From a virus (lineage: Duplodnaviria; Caudoviricetes), in IMG/VR virus record IMGVR_UViG_3300021426_000001: a stretch of DNA of 64,000 nucleotides; one strand, 5' to 3'. The position numbers and the translations under genes were made by a program. Positions 45,862 through 55,775 of the stretch are shown here, in pieces (position 1 is the stretch's first letter; each line of letters starts with the position of its first letter). Below the pieces are notes generated by a model that ran no database searches, was not told the origin of the DNA, and saw only the letters and a program-made list of their open reading frames with translations.

Positions 45862-46392
45862 TTAGTTTCCCTTTTTGCTTGTTACAAAAGTCTTCTTGGA
45901 GTCGTCAGCGTCCTCGCTCACGGCATAAGTGCGATATGAGACATTGCTGTCGAACTGAAGAGATACGCGGTTCACGTTCTTCGGCCAGTTTTCGAGACAC
46001 TTCTGAATCGCTTGAGCAAGAGATGTGAGCTGATCTGCTGTCAGAACAACGGTGAACGGCTCAAAGTTTTTCTTCTCTTCCTTCTTGCACTGCTCTACTG
46101 GAACGTTCGTGAAGAGCTTGAGGGAGAGCTTATTGAGAGCCTTTCTACGAGCGTCGAATGCTCGCTTTACTATGATCAAGTAGTCCTTTGCCTTTGCATA
46201 GTCAGAAAGGAACTTGTCGTTGATAGTAGCGTGCTTGCGAAGACCGTTGATGTGCTTTCTAGCCTTCTTGTATCTCTTCTTGTTAGTGAGGAAGGACTTG
46301 TAGACCTCTTCCCATCTAGCTCTGAACTTCTCTGGGATAGATGGCCAGATTTTTTCGATTGCCTTAGATTCAAGGATTGACTTACCTTTCAT
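45862..46392 (-). CDS. basic hypothetical protein
   Basis: AAGGAG RBS. Confidence 0.65.
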   Translation of the reverse strand: MKGKSILESKAIEKIWPSIPEKFRARWEEVYKSFLTNKKRYKKARKHINGLRKHATINDKFLSDYAKAKDYLIIVKRAFDARRKALNKLSLKLFTNVPVEQCKKEEKKNFEPFTVVLTADQLTSLAQAIQKCLENWPKNVNRVSLQFDSNVSYRTYAVSEDADDSKKTFVTSKKGN

Positions 46393-46415
46393 GTCAATTC
46401 TCCTTTTGATTAAAT

Positions 46416-46688
46416 TTAGTTATTTTCGTCTGTCTGATCGTTCTCATCAATGCGGATCAGCAGCTTTTCAAAGTTAGCCAAGTCATCTTTGCGTGCTAGC
46501 GCAAGAGTGACCTCTCGCTCACGCTCCGTCAGTCCAAGCCACAGCGTCTGAATGTTGTCTGCGAACTTCGGACGATAGAATAGGTCTGAGCGGGTAGCCT
46601 TGTAGTATCTGTCTAGGAAGTCTCTTACGACTCCGAACATCTTCATCATTTTGGTTTCTCCTGCTTTCTTAGTGTTCAGCATCTCCAC
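46416..46688 (-). CDS. hypothetical protein
   Basis: ORF in operon. Confidence 0.55.
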   Translation of the reverse strand: MEMLNTKKAGETKMMKMFGVVRDFLDRYYKATRSDLFYRPKFADNIQTLWLGLTEREREVTLALARKDDLANFEKLLIRIDENDQTDENN

Positions 46689-46690
46689 CT

Positions 46691-47584
46691 CTATTTATAT
46701 TTCTCCGGGTTGAAGATCACTTCGAGATTGCACTCTTCCGAAGACTTGTCGTAGACGAACTTCTTCTCCTGCATGATCTTCTTCAGAGCCGAGGTAGCTC
46801 TCGCTAGCGCTCTCGAACGCTTCTGTCTCATTCTCTCGCCAGACAGACCTCTCAGCTTGCCCATCTCGTCCTGAGTCATCCCGTAGAGGTAGGTCTCACG
46901 GATCATGTTGTAGTCATCTTCCGAGCAAGAAGCCTTCAAAATCTCGCCGAGCTTTCTATCCATGTCTTCGTCTACGACTCTCTTGTGTGAATCGCCGCAG
47001 TCGCACGCGATAGTGTCTCCCAGAGTGATGGCGACATCTTCCATGCTCGACGTCTGAGTGCCGTTCTTGACTTTGACGTCGAGCGAGAGTACTGGCGCAG
47101 TAGCCCTGAGGAAGTCCACAGACCTCTGCTCCGAGGTGTCGAGCAGATTCTCTTTGAACTTCTTCATCATCACGGACTTTCCGTACATCGGAACGTGAAC
47201 TGCGTCATTGCAGCGGTATATCTCCTCGTTCATCTTCTGAGTGATCCACCAGATAGCGTAAGAGGTGAAACGGCACTTCTTGCCTCCGACCCTCTTTTCT
47301 GGATCGTAGTCGGTAGCAGCTCTTATTATTCCGATCACGCCAGCCTGATAGAGGTCGGGAATCCCTTGGCCGTTCTTCTTCGCCTTCATCCTAGCGACAC
47401 TAAATATTAGACGGCTGTGGGACTGAATGAGCTTGTTTCTAGCGAGAAGTCTGATCATCGCTGGCTTACTCTCGTCTCTCATGATGTCGATCGTTACACG
47501 CTCCTCGCGTTCAGTCATCACTGGCGAGTCTTTGAGCGTGTTCTTCAAGTAGTCTAGGTTTTCGTAGAGATCAATGTCATTCAT
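46691..47584 (-). CDS. sigma-70 family RNA polymerase sigma factor
   Basis: region 2 DLYQAGVIGIIRA..YDP..RFTSYAIWWI; region 4 TQDEMG...LSGERMRQ. Confidence 0.88.
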   Translation of the reverse strand: MNDIDLYENLDYLKNTLKDSPVMTEREERVTIDIMRDESKPAMIRLLARNKLIQSHSRLIFSVARMKAKKNGQGIPDLYQAGVIGIIRAATDYDPEKRVGGKKCRFTSYAIWWITQKMNEEIYRCNDAVHVPMYGKSVMMKKFKENLLDTSEQRSVDFLRATAPVLSLDVKVKNGTQTSSMEDVAITLGDTIACDCGDSHKRVVDEDMDRKLGEILKASCSEDDYNMIRETYLYGMTQDEMGKLRGLSGERMRQKRSRALARATSALKKIMQEKKFVYDKSSEECNLEVIFNPEKYK

Positions 47585-47604
47585 AGCTTTCAGAGAAATA
47601 TAGG

Positions 47605-47814
47605 TTATTTGAGGAACATATCATATACTTTCATGAGACCATTCAGTACGCAGAATATTGCGACGAAGTATGCGATCGGGAATACTATTCCGTCCATGAA
47701 CCATTCGACGACCTGTTTGTGATACGCTACTATGATCATCTCACGTTCTACGTCGGTGAGCTCGTGATCTTCAGCGAGCAGTTTTTCATAGTCCAAGTTC
47801 ATTTTTGTCCTCAC
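47605..47814 (-). CDS. small membrane protein
   Basis: C-terminal TM helix. Confidence 0.55.
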   Translation of the reverse strand: MRTKMNLDYEKLLAEDHELTDVEREMIIVAYHKQVVEWFMDGIVFPIAYFVAIFCVLNGLMKVYDMFLK

Positions 47815-47866
47815 AGTTTAGTGTACAATTTTAGAAGAGAGCACCGGTGGCGCCCTCTTCATGGTA

Positions 47867-47895
47867 AACTTAGATTATGTTAGCAGAAATGTAAA
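47867..47895 (-). promoter_or_regulatory. early promoter TTTACA-N17-TAAGTT upstream of the sigma operon
   Basis: near-consensus. Confidence 0.6.
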
Positions 47896-47925
47896 TAGAT
47901 AAGTCTTTATTTTTTCGTTACGAAG

Positions 47926-48264
47926 CTATTTGTCTCTCGAATTCTCAACTCTCTCGATTCTCTTGTCTAGGTTCAAAATATTCTCTCGTATAGCTGACAG
48001 ATTCTCGTTGATCTTTCCAAGGAGCTCCTGCAGTGTGTCCCATCTGTTGCTGAGCATGTCGACCTGCTTCTTCAACATCTCGATGTCTTTTCCCTGTAGG
48101 GCGAGCTTCACATCCAGCTCCTTCTTGTCGGTGTCTCGCTTCGTAGCGGTCTTTTCGCGCTGGCCGCTGATGATGTAGTAAACGAGAAGAACAAGCCCTA
48201 CACAGATTATCACAGCTGGAGAGTTTGTCTTTATAGCCTCTAGGAGTACTGGTTCCATGTTCAA
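47926..48264 (-). CDS. TM plus coiled-coil late protein (possible holin/lysis accessory)
   Basis: one N-terminal TM; TATAAATA at 48291-48298. Confidence 0.5.
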   Translation of the reverse strand: MNMEPVLLEAIKTNSPAVIICVGLVLLVYYIISGQREKTATKRDTDKKELDVKLALQGKDIEMLKKQVDMLSNRWDTLQELLGKINENLSAIRENILNLDKRIERVENSRDK

Positions 48265-48290
48265 TCCTTCTTTTTATGTGCCCTACTTAT

Positions 48291-48298
48291 TATTTATA
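48291..48298 (-). promoter_or_regulatory. T4-type late promoter TATAAATA
   Basis: exact match; terminator hairpin ATTTCTGTTA/TAACAGAAAT just upstream. Confidence 0.7.
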
Positions 48299-48368
48299 CA
48301 GAAAAATTTCTGTTACCTTTCAGATAACAGAAATGTAAAGAAGAAAGAAGTGTATCAACTGTATGCAG

Positions 48369-49016
48369 TTATGCGTCGTTAGCTGCTGTGAAGTCCTTCT
48401 CGCTCGGCTCAGCGTATTCGATAGCGTCAGCCGCGTCCATCATAGCTACGTACTTAGCGACTCTCTCCTCGGTCAAGAAGCTGTCGTATTCCATAGCCTG
48501 AATAGCGTGCTTAGCCTCTCGGAAGGATCCTGTCGTGAGAGCAGTTACTACTGGAGCTAGCTTAGCCATCAGCTCATCTGGAGTTATGTTGACGAACTCT
48601 GTGTATACCGTCTCTTCCTTGAACAGAGAGATGAACTCGCTTGCGACTTCGATGTTGTAGAGGACTTCGCCGGTGAGTCCATTTATCGACAATAGTCGAT
48701 TTAGATTGCTGTTGAATTCGTCGACATATCTGTCATAGGTCACTGGTTTTCCCAAGAAGTCTAGGACCTCATGTTCAGCGAAATTCTCTTTGGTGATCGG
48801 ATTCTCTACTGCCGTCTTTGTCCAGTACTCCCTATTGTTGTAGATGCATTTTCCATCGACGTACGTTATTCGTGATGCGTCCTTCATACAAAACTCCTGT
48901 AGGATTAGATAGTCTTTGATGTCAGCTTTTGCCTGCTCCATCATGATGTCGAGATTCTGCTTGTTAGGGCAGACAAAGTGAACTTTCTGATCTTCTTTGC
49001 CTATAGCGTATAGCAT
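48369..49016 (-). CDS. tail-fibre operon protein (possible assembly chaperone)
   Basis: last gene of late fibre operon; positional inference only. Confidence 0.45.
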   Translation of the reverse strand: MLYAIGKEDQKVHFVCPNKQNLDIMMEQAKADIKDYLILQEFCMKDASRITYVDGKCIYNNREYWTKTAVENPITKENFAEHEVLDFLGKPVTYDRYVDEFNSNLNRLLSINGLTGEVLYNIEVASEFISLFKEETVYTEFVNITPDELMAKLAPVVTALTTGSFREAKHAIQAMEYDSFLTEERVAKYVAMMDAADAIEYAEPSEKDFTAANDA

Positions 49017-50230
49017 TAAAATACCTCATTTCCATTAAGTCGGAAGTATAACTTATCGCCGGTTGTTACTGAAACGTTGTTGAAGTCCTTTGCATAGTTA
49101 TCATTTACTTTTTCAGCATAGTTGGTTGCGGTATATGTGCTATCAGCAGTAAACTCAACATTATAGCCTTTAGCAATTTCCCACTGATTATTATTCCACG
49201 CAACAACAGCACGCTGGCTGATATTACCCCAAGTCTGAGCATTAGACTTGTAATAAATTCCCCAGTTTTCAGGATTGCTTGGCGGACTATCCATTGGTGT
49301 CATACTAGTAATATGATTTCTCGCCATGTTGGAAGAAAGCGTAAAAATCTTTTGCCTATTACCATTGAAAGCTACGTATGACTGATCCGAAGGATCAATG
49401 TTAAAGCCTCTATCCCAATAGTTAGTGTTCATGATGAACTCATCGCCTGGAGTATTTCCAACGATATAGAAGAGATATGCATAACGTGCTACGTCGTCAT
49501 TATAGTTTCCGATAGGCACATTACTAAATTCAGGATCAGTAAAAACGTGCTTTACTCTGCTCATATCTCGTTTGAGCAGATATGGATATGGGTTACCAGA
49601 ACCGCTCTCTGATGGGACCATCCCGTTCTCCATCTGATTCCCTCGCCAAATGAAATAGCCTACGCCTTTTTGGCAAATCTCGGAGAAAGTCTCAGCGGAT
49701 CCATAGCATTTGTGATTCCATGCGTCAGAAGAATAGACCCCATTTATGTTTGCGATCCCTGACCATAGTTTTTGTCTTCCAGTAAGACCAATGTACGTTG
49801 ATCCAGTCATTCCAGAGCCTTCGCCGTCACCGCTATAAGGCCCTTTAATGTTGATGTAATAGACATTGTCTTTAAACAACGTAACCGTTCCAAGACTTGT
49901 GAAGGTTTTCAGTGAACCTCCAAGATTGTAAACAGTGACGTTGAGTTGAACGCCATTTTCATCACGATACACTACACAGATTCCTACTTCATTCAGGATT
50001 CTCAATTTAGCGTGTGTATCTGACGAGTTGTTACCAGAAAAGAACTCGACGTCAGTAAGCACAATATCTTCAGTCGGAATAAATTCGAAGCACTCGTGAT
50101 GCAAAAACGCAGACTGTAGCTGCTTTACTACACGCGTCCATACAAGCTTGTTGCCTCGGTAGATCGAAGCAACTCGCTTATTGCCGAAGTACATGTCGGC
50201 TGGATTCTTTTGATGTATTACTATGCTCAT
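49016..50230 (-). CDS. putative receptor-binding / tail-associated protein
   Basis: N-terminal MYFGNKRVASIYRGNKLVW motif typical of fibre-associated proteins; Asn/Gly/aromatic rich. Confidence 0.55.
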   Translation of the reverse strand: MSIVIHQKNPADMYFGNKRVASIYRGNKLVWTRVVKQLQSAFLHHECFEFIPTEDIVLTDVEFFSGNNSSDTHAKLRILNEVGICVVYRDENGVQLNVTVYNLGGSLKTFTSLGTVTLFKDNVYYINIKGPYSGDGEGSGMTGSTYIGLTGRQKLWSGIANINGVYSSDAWNHKCYGSAETFSEICQKGVGYFIWRGNQMENGMVPSESGSGNPYPYLLKRDMSRVKHVFTDPEFSNVPIGNYNDDVARYAYLFYIVGNTPGDEFIMNTNYWDRGFNIDPSDQSYVAFNGNRQKIFTLSSNMARNHITSMTPMDSPPSNPENWGIYYKSNAQTWGNISQRAVVAWNNNQWEIAKGYNVEFTADSTYTATNYAEKVNDNYAKDFNNVSVTTGDKLYFRLNGNEVF

Positions 50231-50231
50231 C

Positions 50232-52277
50232 TTAGCTTTCTAGGAAGATTCTAAGTACTCCATCATCAGGCAGATTTGAGGTCGATGTGCCTGCTGGATA
50301 TACCTGCACATTATTTATTCCCTGGTAGCTTCCAACGTTGTCAGATCCGCTCTTGTTAGCGAAACGTGTAGCAGATACCCCGCCGTCCATTCCAACTACC
50401 ATAGCATCGGATCTTCGGTTTCCGTTTCCAGTACCGTTGCCTACGACGAATAGAGCATTTGACTGAGTCTTGTTCCATCCGCCTATTGCTAGACCTCCTC
50501 TTCCAGTAGCAGTAGTCTCTCCAGTGAACTTGACTCCACGACCGAATGCCTGAGAGAAGTTGTATGCCTCGCAAGCATCACCCATAGCGACAGAGTAGTT
50601 ATTTGCGATGCACTTGCCATCGTCGTTATTGTAGCCACCGTAACCTATAGCTACGGAGTGATTATAAGCGCTTACTTTATTGCCTCCAGCTAGAGAGTAT
50701 AGCGCAGCAGAGCTAGTACAGCCAAAAGCGAACGAGTTATCCCAAGCCACGTTGTTATCGTTTACAGCGCATGAGTTTCCAGACACGTTGCATCCGTTAC
50801 CGATAGCGACGCACTTTCCATCATTCTGAACGGTGTTGTTGTTTCCGATATTTAGAGAAAGGCCTTCTGATCCCTTCCTAATGTATCTACCGTCAGAGGA
50901 AGACTTCGTGTAGAATGTGTTAGAAAGATCTACCCAGCCTGAAGTGTTATTTGAGCTGTCGAGATAATAGCCAAGGTATTGTCTATCAGCGTTCGGCATA
51001 GGTGCAAATGAGCCCGAGTAGTCATCCCATACCTCTTGATCAAGCTTCGCACGATCAAGATAGTTGAACATATTTGTGAACTTTAGATAATGTCCTTCGT
51101 GCTCGTCCCAGTAGCCTTCAGCGGATTGTGCGCTGTAAGAGCGTTCGATTTCTCCGTAGATCTTTCCATCAGCGCTAAGATCTCCTGCAGCCCATAGGGT
51201 TCCATCACGGTAGAAGATGAAAGCGTCACTGAGTACGTAAGATGCATCGTATTGTACGTCAGGATGGAGTCTGTGACCGTTACCGATCACCTTCAGAATT
51301 CCTCCATGAACTGGACCACGAGTCTCATTCACACCGCTGTACGGAGTCTCTCTAGTCTTGTTGCAGATTCCCTCAACAGATGCGCCAGCTCCGTGGTTCC
51401 ACCACTTGTCTCCACCATCTCCACTATCAGAGATGAAGCATGTCCATAGACCCTGAGCGTTCACGCCATAGCCGATTGCCGAACATCCTACGTTCTGAGC
51501 ATGATTTCCCTGACCCTTCGCATAGGTCCACATGCCCTCTACGTGGTTAGCTCCACCGGACACCCAGGTCTCATGACCCTCGACCATGTTCCAGAATCCG
51601 CCAGCGTCAGTACCATCAGTGTTGAAGCAGATGTTTCCGGCAGTATCAAATCTTAGATCAGGACCATTTAGCTTAGCCTGAATGGTATCATGTTCTTGTC
51701 CAGTAACAATCTGAATACCAGGTCCTTCAAGATATGATCCACCTCCGCCACCTCCCTGTCCAGGTGCACCGTTGAATGCGGAGTAAGATATGTTCTTCGG
51801 ATCTCCTTCTCCATAGTAGAAAGTTATTCTAGTTCCGCCGTTAGTATCAGCTGGATCAGTCGTCTGGTGAGAGATGGCTTCTAGACGAACTTCTGGTGTA
51901 ACGCCGTCCTTTCCGTCAGTTCCATTGGTTCCGTCAACACCATCTTTACCAGCAGGACCAACTGCGCCAGAAGTCGTCTGATTTGTATCGTACCAAGTGA
52001 CACGATCTCTACTCCACTTGAGATGAGAATTCACAGGATCGACCATCAGAAAAGGCGCTTTCCCCTCAGGTCCTCTAATGTTCATTGTAGGAGGAACATC
52101 TCTCGAATTTTCCTCATCGTAAGTCCATGAGATATCACCTCCAGCATTTACTGCTGGACGCCAGATTCCCTTTCCGGTGATTACGCCAGACAGAGTGAGG
52201 CTGAGATTCTGATTCTCCTCCTCAGAGAGCGGTACCGGGAAGTTCGTTATCAGCTTGTTAGATTCAATTTTTGCCAT
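50232..52277 (-). CDS. tail fibre-like protein with collagen-like and YadA-head-like repeats
   Basis: GPAGKDGVDGTNGTDGKDG; VEG/AIG repeats; two GNG...SDA...DG modules. Confidence 0.7.
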   Translation of the reverse strand: MAKIESNKLITNFPVPLSEEENQNLSLTLSGVITGKGIWRPAVNAGGDISWTYDEENSRDVPPTMNIRGPEGKAPFLMVDPVNSHLKWSRDRVTWYDTNQTTSGAVGPAGKDGVDGTNGTDGKDGVTPEVRLEAISHQTTDPADTNGGTRITFYYGEGDPKNISYSAFNGAPGQGGGGGGSYLEGPGIQIVTGQEHDTIQAKLNGPDLRFDTAGNICFNTDGTDAGGFWNMVEGHETWVSGGANHVEGMWTYAKGQGNHAQNVGCSAIGYGVNAQGLWTCFISDSGDGGDKWWNHGAGASVEGICNKTRETPYSGVNETRGPVHGGILKVIGNGHRLHPDVQYDASYVLSDAFIFYRDGTLWAAGDLSADGKIYGEIERSYSAQSAEGYWDEHEGHYLKFTNMFNYLDRAKLDQEVWDDYSGSFAPMPNADRQYLGYYLDSSNNTSGWVDLSNTFYTKSSSDGRYIRKGSEGLSLNIGNNNTVQNDGKCVAIGNGCNVSGNSCAVNDNNVAWDNSFAFGCTSSAALYSLAGGNKVSAYNHSVAIGYGGYNNDDGKCIANNYSVAMGDACEAYNFSQAFGRGVKFTGETTATGRGGLAIGGWNKTQSNALFVVGNGTGNGNRRSDAMVVGMDGGVSATRFANKSGSDNVGSYQGINNVQVYPAGTSTSNLPDDGVLRIFLES

Positions 52278-52292
52278 TTCTCAATTCCTCTA

Positions 52293-54866
52293 CTACGTGC
52301 CAACGTGATTTCTGATTTGAAGGAAGAAGCGCTTCATCGGAGCGTACTCTGCATACTCCGAGTTCCACCAGTCGCTATTTCCGAGTGAGCAGTCAGGACT
52401 GTTCCAGTTAGAGATTCCAGCTACGTTCTGCCATCTCCAGTTGAGTGTCGGATTAGCGTGGACGTCGTTGTCGTAACCGTTTGCGCAAGCTAGGAAGAGT
52501 CCAGTGTTGTGAACTGCCGGAATAGCGATCGCAGCGTAGTATGCTCTGTCTGATCTCAGCTCGTTGTGTTCTGGGTTGATGTGAGTTACTCGGAAGTCGA
52601 GTCTGTCGCTAGCTGACTGCTTACCAAGACTGATCGGGCCAGTGTCGCATACCCACTCGGTAGTACCAGATCCGTTGTTTCCCTCGAAGTCATACTCGAA
52701 GATTCCAAGCATGACCTTGGTGTTAGGGTAGCCAGTGTCCATCATGTAGACAGTGAAGTAAGTGTCTTCAGTGATCATGTGGTTCAGAGATACGGAGAAG
52801 AGCTGGCAGATGCAGCAGTCGCCGTTCATGCTCTGAAGATAGTCTGTGAAGTCCTGATGGGTGTTAGTGATCAGCGGGTACGGGAAGTTAGTCGTCAGCT
52901 TTCCATCTAGCTCTCTCTTCAGTCTGTTGACCGTGTCGACGACGCCCTCGACCTCCTGGTCGAGGATGATCTGCTTTCCAGAGTAGGTGAGACCGTAGCC
53001 AACATCCACGCACATCTGACCAGCAGAGTTGAATGACAGACCTGAGTTGATGTTAGCCATCAGGTTGCCGTTCTGATCGAACTTGATGCCTGAGTTTACT
53101 CCAACGTGTAGCGCAGAAGTAGTCGGGTCAGTCTTTAGACCTGCTCCGAGATTCAGATCCAGAACTGCTCTGTCTGCGCCTGGAGTCCAAGCAAGGCCAG
53201 GACCAATGTCGAAGTCTTCTGCCTTTGTGTCGATCATGTCAAGGATGTCTTCGTAAGTTGACTGAATGCTGAGAGGATTTCCTACAGTTCCATCACCCTC
53301 GATAGTGTCATCCGTAGCTACATGCTCAAGACCGCCAGAAGATCCTCCTCCAACGCATGAGTCAAGCTTCACGATCTGAAGCTTCTGAATATAGCAGTCT
53401 GTCCACTGAACCTTAGTCGATGGTGCAAAGTACAGAACCTTTCCATCACTTTCTGTAACGTGACGTACGAACGTGACTCGGAGATTGTGTCGATTGCCGT
53501 TAGCTTCAGGTCCAGACGAGTCAAGCTGATAAGCTATAGACTCGTTAGCGTTGCCATATCCAGTGTAGACCAAGACTTCATCAAGAGTATTCGAGAGATC
53601 TTCTCTATCCTGCTGATATCTGATGATGCAGTCAATGTAGTATAGACCTGGCTTCAAATAGATGTAGCCATCGTAAACCCCGTCAGGATATGGACATTTC
53701 TCTATGTGATCGATGAAGTCTCCAACATAATCTACTGCTCCACTTCCCTGTAGGCGACCCGTGCTGATGCCAAGGGTATGTCCTATGTTATCGCCAGGGA
53801 ACGGCATATAGCTCGGGCCGTATCCGCCAAGCCAGTGCTGGCAAGATTCCTTGCTGATCTCTAGGTTGAAGTGTCCCGCAGCAGAGCTAGTGATGTCGAT
53901 CGTCTTTCCAGAAGAAGTGATGTCGACATCTACCTTCACGTCTCCACTGAGACCGACAGCGTAAGAACCATGCTCTTCGTCGAAGTGTGCCTCTACTCCG
54001 TCATAGCCGTAGATGTCTGGAATGTTGATCGTCTCAACTGACAGATCGAATACTCGGTTTCCGTTCTCGTCATATCCGCTATTGACGCCTATGCTTCCGT
54101 TAGTTGAGTGAACTCTCGTGTTGTGGAAAGAGCTGACTTCGTTCCATGCTGCTGAATGTTCATGGAGAGTGTCGTAAGCGCCGTCCCACTTTCCTGAGAG
54201 ATCGTCTAGAGCGTCAGCTGGCATGTAGTCGCCCTTCAGCTGATACTTAGCGAACTCGTCTGCGAGCTCTTGCTTTCCGCTAGTCTCCGTCTTGGCGTAG
54301 ACTTCTTCCTTGGTGTAGTAGTCGTCAAGATTGAACTTATGCTGGTAATTCTCCTCTACCCAAGCAGACTGAGCATAAGCGCTCATGCCCGAAGCGTCGA
54401 ACTTGCTAGATACGTCATTCCAGCGGTCTACTGCTTCTTTCCATATTCCGAACGGAGAAGAGTCAGTTCCGTCTCCGCTGACTGGATATTGCGAAGATGC
54501 GCCGCTGAAGATGAAGTTAACGTTAGTCTTGCCCTCTACAGTATCTTTTCTAACTTCGATTCCGTAGCCGCCCACATAGTCAACGAGGCCTGGAATGTCT
54601 GACTTCTTCGCGTAGTCGCCAGAGACTGAGATCTGGTGACCATCGACTTTGATTCCGTCTCCTCCCTTATACTCTTCGATGTCCCAGTGCTGTGTCTGTG
54701 CAGACCAGGATTCGAATGCGCTCTTGTCAAGCTTTGCGCTCGTCTTCTGGATTTCTTCGTAAAGACGCTGATCCAGGCCGAGAGGCACCTTCACGCCGTC
54801 ACCAGAAAACGTGACGTCGTGTTCAACCTTGTGTATGGCCAGGATATTTCCACCTGAAACAATCAT
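52293..54866 (-). CDS. large structural / tail fibre-like protein
   Basis: repeated GDG..PL and GxGI/L motifs; first gene after late promoter. Confidence 0.65.
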   Translation of the reverse strand: MIVSGGNILAIHKVEHDVTFSGDGVKVPLGLDQRLYEEIQKTSAKLDKSAFESWSAQTQHWDIEEYKGGDGIKVDGHQISVSGDYAKKSDIPGLVDYVGGYGIEVRKDTVEGKTNVNFIFSGASSQYPVSGDGTDSSPFGIWKEAVDRWNDVSSKFDASGMSAYAQSAWVEENYQHKFNLDDYYTKEEVYAKTETSGKQELADEFAKYQLKGDYMPADALDDLSGKWDGAYDTLHEHSAAWNEVSSFHNTRVHSTNGSIGVNSGYDENGNRVFDLSVETINIPDIYGYDGVEAHFDEEHGSYAVGLSGDVKVDVDITSSGKTIDITSSAAGHFNLEISKESCQHWLGGYGPSYMPFPGDNIGHTLGISTGRLQGSGAVDYVGDFIDHIEKCPYPDGVYDGYIYLKPGLYYIDCIIRYQQDREDLSNTLDEVLVYTGYGNANESIAYQLDSSGPEANGNRHNLRVTFVRHVTESDGKVLYFAPSTKVQWTDCYIQKLQIVKLDSCVGGGSSGGLEHVATDDTIEGDGTVGNPLSIQSTYEDILDMIDTKAEDFDIGPGLAWTPGADRAVLDLNLGAGLKTDPTTSALHVGVNSGIKFDQNGNLMANINSGLSFNSAGQMCVDVGYGLTYSGKQIILDQEVEGVVDTVNRLKRELDGKLTTNFPYPLITNTHQDFTDYLQSMNGDCCICQLFSVSLNHMITEDTYFTVYMMDTGYPNTKVMLGIFEYDFEGNNGSGTTEWVCDTGPISLGKQSASDRLDFRVTHINPEHNELRSDRAYYAAIAIPAVHNTGLFLACANGYDNDVHANPTLNWRWQNVAGISNWNSPDCSLGNSDWWNSEYAEYAPMKRFFLQIRNHVGT

Positions 54867-54896
54867 TATCTAAACCTGCTTTGCTATCCTATGCTT

Positions 54897-54904
54897 TATT
54901 TATA
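54897..54904 (-). promoter_or_regulatory. T4-type late promoter TATAAATA
   Basis: exact match. Confidence 0.75.
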
Positions 54905-54920
54905 GCTTGGAACACAAAGA

Positions 54921-55000
54921 GGGCGCTGAGGAAATGCCCGAACCTCAGCGCCCGACTCCGCCAAAGAAGGTAAAAGCGGAGCCTAGGAGACCTTTCTAGG
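54921..55000 (-). ncRNA. three-hairpin 3'-UTR element ending in a terminator
   Basis: CCTAG/CTAGG, CTCCGC/GCGGAG, GGGCGCTGAGG/CCTCAGCGCCC. Confidence 0.55.
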
Positions 55001-55007
55001 AGATCAT

Positions 55008-55208
55008 TTAGTGCTGCGAGATGAAGTCAAGTGCAGCGCCGAGCCAGAGAGCGCCAAACATGAGAGCAGAAGCCCCGACGATGCAGCAAGCGAGCTTCAT
55101 CTTTGCGAAAGCTTCGCGAGCCATAGCTTTTCGATTTTCTGAGTTTCTCTCAGCCTGATAGAAGTCGTTCCAAGAAGTGAAGCCAGTCGGGAAATATTCT
55201 CTTGTCAT
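55008..55208 (-). CDS. 66-aa membrane peptide, monocistronic
   Basis: C-terminal TM; own promoter 55240-55268, AAGGA RBS. Confidence 0.65.
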   Translation of the reverse strand: MTREYFPTGFTSWNDFYQAERNSENRKAMAREAFAKMKLACCIVGASALMFGALWLGAALDFISQH

Positions 55209-55239
55209 TTTGACGGTCCTTGTTGTTGGTTATGCGATA

Positions 55240-55268
55240 AATATAAGTAAAATATTACGAACTCTAAA
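55240..55268 (-). promoter_or_regulatory. early promoter TTTAGA-N17-TATATT
   Basis: consensus match. Confidence 0.75.
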
Positions 55269-55298
55269 CCCTTTTTCTGAAAAAACTTGGAGATTCTT

Positions 55299-55775
55299 AT
55301 GGAGAAGATGAGCATCGAGAGACAGCAGAACCGAATGCTGGTTGAAGCAATCCGCAAAGTCGTGACAAATCCCAGAACGCCGGGCTGGATCAAGAATCCG
55401 CTCACAGAGGCTGTAAAAGAGGCGAAAGCGCTCAAGCCGACTGTCACTACGGCTGTTCAAAAAGAAGAGCCAGAACAAGAGTTCTGGCCGCCATACGTGG
55501 GAGCTGAGTGTGTCGATGCGCTAGATCCGAGAGACAAGTGCCTCTACAAGATCATGAGAAAGGGAATCGTGATAGATCAGATCCAGCTCTACGATGTCCA
55601 AGTCCTCAAGGGAGACAGCAAGACTCCTCCCGGAGTGATCATGCACAATGTCCCGAGCAACTATCTGAAGGCTATCAAGCCGGAGCCAGCGCCTCAGGAT
55701 CTTCAGGATCATCGTGATGTCCAAGAGGCGGCTCAAGCCCAACCTTCATCTTCCACTCCTGAACATCAAGCATAA
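55299..55775 (+). CDS. hypothetical protein (rare plus-strand gene)
   Basis: GGAG RBS; fills gap; phage-like codons. Confidence 0.6.
   Translation: MEKMSIERQQNRMLVEAIRKVVTNPRTPGWIKNPLTEAVKEAKALKPTVTTAVQKEEPEQEFWPPYVGAECVDALDPRDKCLYKIMRKGIVIDQIQLYDVQVLKGDSKTPPGVIMHNVPSNYLKAIKPEPAPQDLQDHRDVQEAAQAQPSSSTPEHQA

Noticed and set aside
50232-54866. Diversity-generating retroelement or invertible fibre switch
   Set aside because: No reverse transcriptase, recombinase or TR/VR repeat pair seen
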